Shown one piece after another: positions 57,353 to 64,000 of a DNA stretch of 64,000 bases; the first letter of the stretch is position 1; each line of letters starts with the position of its first letter. Origin of the DNA: Paludibacteraceae bacterium (GTDB lineage Bacteria > Bacteroidota > Bacteroidia > Bacteroidales > Paludibacteraceae). Position numbers and translations under genes: made by a program. Where the stretch lies: positions 14,732-78,731 of the forward strand of contig JAFUVS010000002.1 of assembly GCA_017471175.1 (NCBI GenBank), read 5' to 3'. The notes beneath the pieces are model-generated. The model was given only the letters and a program-made list of their open reading frames with translations, searched no databases and was not told the DNA's origin.

Positions 57353-57970
57353 ATGACAGAGATACTGAAGTATTTTGAAATGAGTGTTCAGCAGCAGTCC
57401 CAAATGGCTGCTGCTGAACGCTTATATCCTGAATGGAACGAGAAGATTAACCTCATTTCCCGAAAAGATATAGCCTTTTTGGAGGAGCATCATCTGCTCC
57501 ACTCGCTCGCTATCGCCAAGGTATTGCGCTTTGCTCCGGGTACTACCTTGTTAGACGTAGGTACGGGAGGCGGTTTTCCGGGCATACCGCTCGCCATCCT
57601 TTTTCCCGACTGTCAATTCACACTGATAGACTCCATTGGTAAGAAGATTCGCGTAGCGGAAGACATTGCTCGCCAATTGGGCTTGAAGAATGTAACGTGC
57701 ATTCAGACGCGGGCAGAAAATGTGAAAGAGCAATTTGATTTCGTAGTCAGCCGGGCCGTGATGACCCTACCTGACTTGGTCAAATTAGTGAGGAAGAATG
57801 TCCATCACCGGCATAAAAATGCGATGCCCAATGGTCTGTTGGTTCTCAAAGGAGGCAACATAGACAGCGAGATTCATACCTTCCGAAAAACAGTCGAAGT
57901 AACGCCTATCAGCCGTTTCTTCCCCCAAGAATGGTTCAAAGAGAAGTTTGTCATATACCTACCACTATAA
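57353..57970 (+). CDS. rsmG: 16S rRNA (guanine527-N7)-methyltransferase
   Basis: NLISRKD...HLLHSL...LDVGTGGGFPGIPLAI motif. Confidence 0.9.
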   Translation: MTEILKYFEMSVQQQSQMAAAERLYPEWNEKINLISRKDIAFLEEHHLLHSLAIAKVLRFAPGTTLLDVGTGGGFPGIPLAILFPDCQFTLIDSIGKKIRVAEDIARQLGLKNVTCIQTRAENVKEQFDFVVSRAVMTLPDLVKLVRKNVHHRHKNAMPNGLLVLKGGNIDSEIHTFRKTVEVTPISRFFPQEWFKEKFVIYLPL

Positions 57971-58023
57971 ATTTTCAACTATAATCTTCTTTCAACTTTC
58001 AACTCTCAACTTTCAACTAAAAA
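57971..58023 (+). repeat. G-free tandem-word spacer (tttcaact units) filling the rsmG to MBL-gene gap
   Basis: attttcaactataatcttctttcaactttcaactctcaactttcaactaaaaa contains no G in 53 nt. The ttcaact word occurs 4 times, plus one ctcaact variant. Confidence 0.85.
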
Positions 58024-58674
58024 ATGACCATCAAGACTTTTTATTTCAATCCGTACCGTGAATGTACATACGTTGCGGATAACGGACAGGGCAAGTGCTT
58101 CATAGTCGATCCGGGTATGTATGGACCGAACGAAGAGCAACGAATGGCAGACTACCTGCAAAAGAATAACCTTCAGCCTATTGCCATCCTCATTACCCAT
58201 ACCCACATTGACCATATATGCGGGTTGGACTTCTTCCGTCAGCACTATCCTTCCCTACCCGTTTTCGGGATGAACTACGATATGAAGTTACCTCATTATC
58301 TTTTTAGTGAGAACACTGCAAAGAGCGAAGAATATTGCAAAGACAATATAGACGAGAAAGACAAGAGTAGTAAACGCAAATACGAAGACAATATTTTTAC
58401 TCTAAATCAATTCACTTCGCCATCGGTAATTCTTACACCGGGTCATAAAGAGGACTGCGTATGCTACTACTTTGAGGAAGATAAAATTCTGTTTTCAGGC
58501 GATACGCTATTTCAAGAATCAGTGGGGCGAACCGACTTAGAAGGTGGCGACACAGGGACATTACTGCAATCGCTTCATCTACTGATGGAATTACCCGATG
58601 ATACAACCGTTTATCCCGGACACGCCTATCCTACTTCTATCGGTCACGAAAAAGAGTATAATCCTTTTTTATAG
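58024..58674 (+). CDS. MBL-fold metallo-hydrolase (glyoxalase II-like)
   Basis: THTHIDHICG (H-x-H-x-D-H), TPGHKEDCV and GDTLF motifs. An AT-rich K/E/D-rich insertion sits between them. Confidence 0.85.
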   Translation: MTIKTFYFNPYRECTYVADNGQGKCFIVDPGMYGPNEEQRMADYLQKNNLQPIAILITHTHIDHICGLDFFRQHYPSLPVFGMNYDMKLPHYLFSENTAKSEEYCKDNIDEKDKSSKRKYEDNIFTLNQFTSPSVILTPGHKEDCVCYYFEEDKILFSGDTLFQESVGRTDLEGGDTGTLLQSLHLLMELPDDTTVYPGHAYPTSIGHEKEYNPFL

Positions 58675-58690
58675 TTGAGAGTTGAGGGGG

Positions 58691-59899
58691 TCAGTAAAGA
58701 ACCACCTCATCTTTTTTGAATAATCGCTTGATGCCTCGATAAAAAGCAATGGCTAACAAGTGGCGGGCATACTCTTCAGAATAGGGGCGTAACCATTGAT
58801 AAGCAGACAGGCGAAGACGTAAGGTCTTGATTTTACGGATGTAAAGCGGCAGTTTGAGGTCTTTATTGCGTTGCACATAGCGGTTCTTCATCCGTTCGGC
58901 AGCCTCATCCCTCATCACGCCTTCTTCCATGACATGTCTAAAAAACAGTTCTCCGTGCTTTTGAAGCCATCGGTTATCTTTTCCCCAATAGCCAAGCCAC
59001 ATTTGTTCCGGGAGATGCATATATTCGACCAAGACATAGCCGATTAACTGCCAAGCCTGCATCAAATGAAGTGCTTTGAGATTACCAATCAGATAGTTGC
59101 GGTAGTCTATGAGTTGCTTATCGGAAAAATGCTCATAAGTAGTTTTGGCAAGAAGGAAAACATCGCAAAGCTGCTTCATACCCAAACCTTCGTCCACAAA
59201 GTGATTCCATGCATGCAGGAAGGTAAAGAGCATATTGAATTTGGCTTCGGGTATGTCTATGGTCAGATTAGCAGGCTCGCGTAAAGAGATATGCTGCACG
59301 TTTTCCGCTGAGGTTGCCCGTTGTTCCAAAGCGTAATAGATGCGTTTGTCTTTCGGATGTTCCATCTTGACGGTAACGCGGTGCATTTCCACCAAACCGT
59401 CCGGCAGCACGAAATTGTAGTGCTTCAATTCTTCCCATTCCTCATCGTGGTGGAGCGAGTTAGGGAAAGCATCGCGCAAAACAGCAGCCGCCTCGTGGTA
59501 TTGGTCGGGACCGACATAGACATCCAAATCACCCCAAGAGCGCAATTCGGGACGCGGATACAGTTCTGCCAATCCGAACCCTTTGAGCAGGACGGGGCGT
59601 AAACTACGTTGTTGTAAGGTTGAGAACGTGGTAACTAATAAGTCCTGCAGGCGTGGCTGCTTGAGCATAAGCATTGCGCAGGTGCTTCGCATCTCCTGTC
59701 TAACCAATTCGGGTATAGCCTCTTTTCGGAGCAACAACTCATTGAAAACCAATACCGGAGTTCCCTGTCGATAAGCTAACGCCACAAAGTCTTTCCATTC
59801 TTGTTCGGAAAAAGAGATTGTGATATCTTGAGCAGATTGTCCCAAGATGGCACGTTGCAAAACGGTTAAGAAGACAGATTCAACATTTGACATAAGCAC
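58691..59899 (-). CDS. Uncharacterised nucleotidyltransferase-family protein
   Basis: Central GDLDVYV motif (nucleotidyltransferase fold) in a 402-aa helical protein. Resembles the 'uncharacterised nucleotidyltransferase' family, from memory. Confidence 0.55.
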   Translation of the reverse strand: MLMSNVESVFLTVLQRAILGQSAQDITISFSEQEWKDFVALAYRQGTPVLVFNELLLRKEAIPELVRQEMRSTCAMLMLKQPRLQDLLVTTFSTLQQRSLRPVLLKGFGLAELYPRPELRSWGDLDVYVGPDQYHEAAAVLRDAFPNSLHHDEEWEELKHYNFVLPDGLVEMHRVTVKMEHPKDKRIYYALEQRATSAENVQHISLREPANLTIDIPEAKFNMLFTFLHAWNHFVDEGLGMKQLCDVFLLAKTTYEHFSDKQLIDYRNYLIGNLKALHLMQAWQLIGYVLVEYMHLPEQMWLGYWGKDNRWLQKHGELFFRHVMEEGVMRDEAAERMKNRYVQRNKDLKLPLYIRKIKTLRLRLSAYQWLRPYSEEYARHLLAIAFYRGIKRLFKKDEVVLY

Positions 59900-59949
59900 A
59901 AAAATTTTAATAGCATTGCCCTTATTCGGAAGGTAAATTTACAAATTTG

Positions 59950-60495
59950 CTAAAAGAAACATATTTTTACGCCTATCAAGATGAGGATTCCGCCGCCCAC
60001 TATTTCGGCATTAATAGGTAGTCTGCCGATAAAATGTCCGATAGTATATCCGATAAGTGTAAAGAGAGAACTTGTAATGGCTATGATTAACATAGCGTTG
60101 AGCAGTATCTGCGGAATAGGAACAAATAGAATGCCTGAAACGGCTGCATCAATGGCAGTGGCGATGGAGAGCAAAACGACTTGCCAAGCCGTGAGAGGTT
60201 TCGTGGCTTGTTGTTCACTGAGCCCATCATAAATCATTTTGATTCCTATGCCGCCTAAAAGAAAGAGAGCCACCCACCCTGCATAGCGACTAATCAGCGA
60301 TTCAGCTACTTCACCCGCGAAATAACCGATAAGCGGCATCGCACCTTGAAAAACCCCGAAGGCGACTATCATCCATACGATAACGGCAGGCATGGTGAAA
60401 TGCATACCTTGCGTACGTATTCCTTGCACGAAAGCCACAGAGAAACAATCCATTGCCAATCCTATGGCGAGTAGTATGATGTCTGTCAGGGTCAT
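59950..60495 (-). CDS. mntP: Manganese efflux pump MntP
   Basis: MTLTDIILLAIGLAMDCFSVAF... with six TM segments. Start chosen at ATG 60495, downstream of the -7 box. Confidence 0.85.
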   Translation of the reverse strand: MTLTDIILLAIGLAMDCFSVAFVQGIRTQGMHFTMPAVIVWMIVAFGVFQGAMPLIGYFAGEVAESLISRYAGWVALFLLGGIGIKMIYDGLSEQQATKPLTAWQVVLLSIATAIDAAVSGILFVPIPQILLNAMLIIAITSSLFTLIGYTIGHFIGRLPINAEIVGGGILILIGVKICFF

Positions 60496-60517
60496 TTGTC
60501 GCTGTGATATACGCCGA

Positions 60518-60525
60518 CAAAGGTA
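60518..60525 (-). promoter_or_regulatory. -7 box (TACCTTTG) for mntP
   Basis: Plus-strand caaaggta at 60518-60525, 22 nt upstream of ATG 60495. Confidence 0.5.
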
Positions 60526-60575
60526 CGTCAAAAGGAGCGAAAAATCATTTTTTTTCAAAAAAAGTGCAAAAAAAT

Positions 60576-60606
60576 TTTGTCAGTACGAAAAAACGCAGTA
60601 CTTTTG
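60576..60606 (+). promoter_or_regulatory. Consensus promoter for tRNA-Asp
   Basis: TTTG 60576-60579, 19-nt spacer, TACTTTTG 60599-60606, in the context CGCAGTACTTTTGCACCCG. Confidence 0.75.
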
Positions 60607-60673
60607 CACCCGCTTTTGAGAGAGGTATCGAGTGTGAGTCTCTTGATAGAGTAGCCGAAAGGTATCGCAAATT

Positions 60674-60747
60674 GGTGCGGTAGTTCAGTTGGTTAGAATA
60701 CCGGCCTGTCACGCCGTAGGTCGCGAGTTCGAGTCTCGTCCGCACCG
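60674..60747 (+). tRNA. tRNA-Asp (anticodon GTC)
   Basis: Acceptor ggtgcgg/ccgcacc, D arm gttc-agttggtta-gaat, anticodon loop ctGTCac, T arm gcgag-ttcgagt-ctcgt, discriminator G. One C-U mismatch sits at the top of the anticodon stem. Confidence 0.9.
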
Positions 60748-60748
60748 C

Positions 60749-60786
60749 AAATGAGAAGACATAGAATGTTTTCTCATTTGTTTTTC
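60749..60786 (+). terminator. Intrinsic terminator after tRNA-Asp
   Basis: Stem aaatgagaa / ttctcattt followed by gTTTTT. Confidence 0.75.
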
Positions 60787-60846
60787 ATTTCTTTTCGTTG
60801 CCGGTCATTCGTCAGACACATCGAATGACAATGCTTCTACAATACA

Positions 60847-60886
60847 AATCATCGGCTGCCTGACGAGTTGGTCAAGCAGCCGATGA
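60847..60886 (-). terminator. Hairpin downstream of the SNF transporter gene
   Basis: 12-bp perfect stem atcatcggctgc / gcagccgatgat. Confidence 0.55.
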
Positions 60887-60913
60887 TGGTAAATAAATAA
60901 TGGAACTACGCAA

Positions 60914-62365
60914 TTACTTCACGAATAGGTTTCTTACCCAATCCGAAAAGCCCAATCCTTCAAGGAACATATAGAAAATGACAATGGGGCAAATCCACTT
61001 GGCGAGGAACATAAAGAAACGTACCAACGTTCCGTTGAACTTGCCTTCGGATGTGAGTTCGTTGAAGACCACCTTGTCTTCCATACGCCAACCTACCAGC
61101 ACACAAGCGGCTATACCACCGATGGGCAGGATGATATTCGAGGTCAGTTTGTCGATAAAGTCAAAGAGCGTATCACCCATAACGATGAGCGAGGTTCCCT
61201 CCATCTGGCTGAGTGCGCAAAGAACAGACAACGCGCCGACCAGCACAAAGAGAATCGTCAGAGCCACAGGGCGTGAGAGTTGTTTCTTTCCGCCAAAGGT
61301 CCATTCTTCGGTAACGTAGGCTGTACCTGCTTCCAACAGCGAGAAGGAAGAAGTAACGGCAGCGAAGAAAAGCAGAATAAAGAAGAGCGAAGAAACGACT
61401 ACACCGACCCAAGGTCCTCCCGGGAGCGAAGCGAAGAGTGCAGGAAGAGTCTTGAATACCAATCCGGGACCGGAAGTTACTTCTACGCCGTAAGTGAAAG
61501 TCGCGGGGAAGATTGCCAAACCGGCAAGAATAGCCATCAGGATAGTAGCCAATACTACGATAAAGGAAACGCCGACAAGGCTTTGGTCTTTCTGAATATA
61601 CGAGCCGTAGGTGGTCATCGCGCCCATACCCAATGAGAGGGAGAAGAACGACTGACCGAGCGCAAAGATAATGGTCTGACCGGTAACCGCATCCCAATTC
61701 GGTTTGAGCAGGAAAGCAGCACCTTCTGAAAATCCGTCCAAACGAACGGACATAATCGCCAAGATGAGCAAAATCAAGAAAAGTGCGGGAATCATAAACT
61801 TGGAGCAACGCTCAATTCCTTTGGAAACACCAAAAGCGAGTACAATACAGTTGAGGGCAAGGAAAATGACGGTCCAGACTACGGGACGGGGAATGCTGAG
61901 GATATGTACTCCACCCTGCCCTACGAAGATGTCGAACCGTTGTCCCATAGCGGCAATTCGCTGATTGATCAGTTCAGCGGCATCCCCACCGCTAATGCTG
62001 GCAAATTCGCCGGAAACAGCCGCAAAGATATACTCAAGCGACCAACCTGCTACCACGCAATAAAAAGCGAGAATAGCAAGACCTGCATAGATTTCGATAC
62101 CGCCGATGATACCCCAAGCCTTCTTGCCGTTGGCTTTGATGAAACTGCGGTAAGTGTTGCTCTGCCCCTTACGCCCAATTACAAACTCCGAGAGCATAAC
62201 CGGAACGGAAATGAGCAAACAGATGACTGTGTAGATAATCAGGAAGGCTGCACCTCCGTTGTTACCTGCCACATAGGGAAATCTCCAAATGTTTCCCAGT
62301 CCGACTGCCGAGCCTGCGATGGCTGCCATCGTGCCGAACTTGCTGGCGAATTGATTTCTTGCCAT
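60914..62365 (-). CDS. Sodium-dependent transporter, SNF (neurotransmitter:sodium symporter) family
   Basis: N-terminal GSAVGLGNIWRFPYVAGNNGGAAFL motif, multi-TM, 483 aa. Confidence 0.92.
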   Translation of the reverse strand: MARNQFASKFGTMAAIAGSAVGLGNIWRFPYVAGNNGGAAFLIIYTVICLLISVPVMLSEFVIGRKGQSNTYRSFIKANGKKAWGIIGGIEIYAGLAILAFYCVVAGWSLEYIFAAVSGEFASISGGDAAELINQRIAAMGQRFDIFVGQGGVHILSIPRPVVWTVIFLALNCIVLAFGVSKGIERCSKFMIPALFLILLILAIMSVRLDGFSEGAAFLLKPNWDAVTGQTIIFALGQSFFSLSLGMGAMTTYGSYIQKDQSLVGVSFIVVLATILMAILAGLAIFPATFTYGVEVTSGPGLVFKTLPALFASLPGGPWVGVVVSSLFFILLFFAAVTSSFSLLEAGTAYVTEEWTFGGKKQLSRPVALTILFVLVGALSVLCALSQMEGTSLIVMGDTLFDFIDKLTSNIILPIGGIAACVLVGWRMEDKVVFNELTSEGKFNGTLVRFFMFLAKWICPIVIFYMFLEGLGFSDWVRNLFVK

Positions 62366-62426
62366 AGTGCTTTTATTGTTTAGAGTTATTAAGTTGAGTG
62401 TTTAGTGTAGTTGAGAAGTTATCAGT

Positions 62427-63767
62427 TTATAGCAGTCCGTTGATAAACATAAAGAGGATGATGGGCGGACAAACGAAACGCATCATAAAGAGTACGCAAC
62501 GGAAAATCCACAACGGATACCGTCCCGAACTGGTCAGCTCGTGTTCCACCGTACTCTTGGGTACAAACCAACCGACCAGTACGACACACCCTAATCCTGC
62601 AATGGGCAGAATATAATTAGAGGAGAACGTGTCGGTCCAGTCGAAGAGGTTGAGCGAGCCTATATGCAGATGACTGTCCGGCATTTGCGACAGGGCGCAA
62701 AGCGTGGAGCAAATGATGATAATAGCAAAACCGATGCCGAGTGCGCTGATACGATTGATATGCAACTCGTCAGAGAAGAAAGCGACGAGCGACTCCATAA
62801 TACTGAGCGATGTAGTAAGTGCTGCAAAGAAAAGCAGGACGAAGAACATAATGGAGATGATATACCCTCCGGGCAATTGTGCGAACAAGGGCGGTAAAGT
62901 CTTGAATACGAGATCGGGACCGGATGCCACAGGAACGTGGTAGGTGAATACGCTCGGGAAAATCGCCAAACCGGCAAGAACAGCCATCACGACGGTTGCG
63001 AGCGAAACGATAACGGAGACAGACACCAGGCTTTCCTGCCGCTTGATGTACGAGCCATAGGTAATCATAGCCGCCATACCGATACTGAGCGAGAAGAACG
63101 ATTGCCCGAGAGCCTTGATGATTGTCTGTCCTGTAACCTCACTCCAATCAGGCTTGAGGATAAAAGCGGCACCCTCCTTGAAACCGGGCTGCCAGAGGTT
63201 GACACCCGCCAACATCACCAAGATACAGAAAAGCGCGGGAATCATAAACTTCGAACACCGCTCGATACCTTTGGTTACCCCCATTCCTAATACGACCGCA
63301 TTAAGCAGAAGGAAAACAGCCATCCAAAAGATAGGTCTGTAGCCGCTTGCCACGAAGTCGTTGAAGCGTGTGTCCATTTGCGCTTGCGTCATTCCCTCAA
63401 AGCCACCGGCAGCCGACTGATACACATACTCCAACGACCAGCCGGCAATCACACAGTAGAAAGAAAGAATAAAGATGGCACCGAGCAATTCGAGTATACC
63501 GAATGCTCCCCACGCCTTATGCGGCGCAACGTGCAAGAAAGAACGAAAAGCGTTAGACTGACCGCGCCGCCCGATGACAAACTCGGAAAGGAGAACGGGA
63601 ATGGAAATCAATAAGGTGATACCGATGTAAATAAGCAGAAAAGCTGCTCCCCCGTTTTCCCCTGCGACGTAAGGAAACTTCCAAATGTTGCCCAGCCCCA
63701 CTGCCGAGCCCGCGATGGCAGCTATTGCCCCGAACCTGCTGCCGAAAGTGCTCCTTTGGTTACTCAT
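62427..63767 (-). CDS. Sodium-dependent transporter, SNF family (tandem paralogue)
   Basis: GSAVGLGNIWKFPYVAGENGGAAFL motif. 446 aa and collinear with the downstream paralogue. Confidence 0.92.
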   Translation of the reverse strand: MSNQRSTFGSRFGAIAAIAGSAVGLGNIWKFPYVAGENGGAAFLLIYIGITLLISIPVLLSEFVIGRRGQSNAFRSFLHVAPHKAWGAFGILELLGAIFILSFYCVIAGWSLEYVYQSAAGGFEGMTQAQMDTRFNDFVASGYRPIFWMAVFLLLNAVVLGMGVTKGIERCSKFMIPALFCILVMLAGVNLWQPGFKEGAAFILKPDWSEVTGQTIIKALGQSFFSLSIGMAAMITYGSYIKRQESLVSVSVIVSLATVVMAVLAGLAIFPSVFTYHVPVASGPDLVFKTLPPLFAQLPGGYIISIMFFVLLFFAALTTSLSIMESLVAFFSDELHINRISALGIGFAIIIICSTLCALSQMPDSHLHIGSLNLFDWTDTFSSNYILPIAGLGCVVLVGWFVPKSTVEHELTSSGRYPLWIFRCVLFMMRFVCPPIILFMFINGLL

Positions 63768-63818
63768 ATTTACTTTCTAATTGTAAGCCCATAGCATAAC
63801 AATTCGCAAAAAAGCGCG

Positions 63819-63826
63819 CAAAGGTA
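63819..63826 (-). promoter_or_regulatory. -7 box (TACCTTTG) for the SNF transporter pair
   Basis: Plus-strand caaaggta at 63819-63826, ~50 nt upstream of ATG 63767. Confidence 0.5.
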
Positions 63827-63867
63827 ATAAAGATTTCACAACTTATTACAATTTTTTCTAACATTTT

Positions 63868-63898
63868 TTTGTAATGCAAGCGGAAAGGGCTACTTTTG
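63868..63898 (+). promoter_or_regulatory. Promoter for the gene starting at 63941
   Basis: TTTG 63868-63871, 19-nt spacer, TACTTTTG 63891-63898. Confidence 0.6.
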
Positions 63899-63940
63899 CG
63901 GGCGGAAAGGAAAACTGACAACTACTAAAAATATAGTACT

Positions 63941-64000
63941 ATGAAAAAAACTTTATTGCTGTTAGCAGGAGTGTTGGCGACGGGAATGATGTTCGCCACG
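63941..64000 (+). CDS. 5' end of a secreted protein (signal peptide only; truncated by the window edge)
   Basis: ATG 63941 gives MKKTLLLLAGVLATGMMFAT... Confidence 0.6.
   Translation, partial: MKKTLLLLAGVLATGMMFAT

Noticed and set aside
57999-58685. 13-bp exact inverted repeat (tcaactctcaact / agttgagagttga) flanking the 651-bp MBL-hydrolase gene, suggesting a mobile or invertible cassette
   Set aside because: A rough expectation for a 13-mer finding its reverse complement within ~700 bp somewhere in 64 kb is of order one (64000 x 700 / 4^13, about 0.7), and higher for these low-complexity words. There is no recombinase, no target-site duplication, and the gene looks like an ordinary housekeeping hydrolase.
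60496-60560. Possible yybP-ykoY Mn riboswitch upstream of mntP
   Set aside because: A good -7 box (TACCTTTG, 60518-60525) sits only 22 nt upstream of the ATG. That leaves a ~15-nt leader, far too short for the riboswitch. The upstream sequence belongs to the divergent tRNA-Asp promoter.

Overview
The window reads as a chromosomal segment of a Bacteroidales bacterium, probably Prevotella-like. Supporting signs are many intergenic TTTG-N19/20-TAnnTTTG promoter boxes, no Shine-Dalgarno-dependent spacing, a complete MoxR/Bat aerotolerance operon and BspA-type LRR surface proteins. I call about 52 protein-coding genes (one probable pseudogene, one truncated at the right edge), 2 tRNAs (Gln-TTG, Asp-GTC), several intrinsic-terminator hairpins and about 15 promoter boxes. 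Most genes are housekeeping: folC, dnaE, lon, a rubredoxin plus flavodiiron protein pair, aspS, fabD, ettA, rplU-rpmA-serS, rplY-pth, nth, rplS, a yebC-family regulator, rsmG, mntP and two SNF transporters. I see no rRNA, CRISPR array, transposase/integrase, reverse transcriptase or recognisable defence system. Two loci look accessory, and both encode surface proteins. (a) At 16.4-23.8 kb, two LRR giants are each preceded by a small two-gene TA-like module, and one giant has an in-frame TAG in its signal peptide. (b) At 34.7-42.4 kb, an LRR/FISUMP-like protein is followed by a 1788-aa protein carrying about 19 copies of a two-cysteine ~50-aa module (C-x-G-x-x-Y ... G-C-D-S) that I cannot assign to a named family. 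Other unexplained structure: three 11-bp-phased repeat arrays and a 33-bp array directly upstream of the Bat operon, a 36-bp tandem-repeat insertion inside lon, a 225-aa Thr/Ser/Arg tail on a lipoprotein, G-free tandem-word spacers before some start codons, and a ~60-bp promoter cassette shared by three translation-apparatus loci. A 52-aa rubredoxin gene is missing from the supplied ORF track. I found no clear-cut novel enzymatic or defence system; the strongest novelty candidates are the Cys-module giant and the repeat arrays upstream of the Bat operon. All family assignments rest on motif recognition by eye and need HMM or BLAST confirmation.
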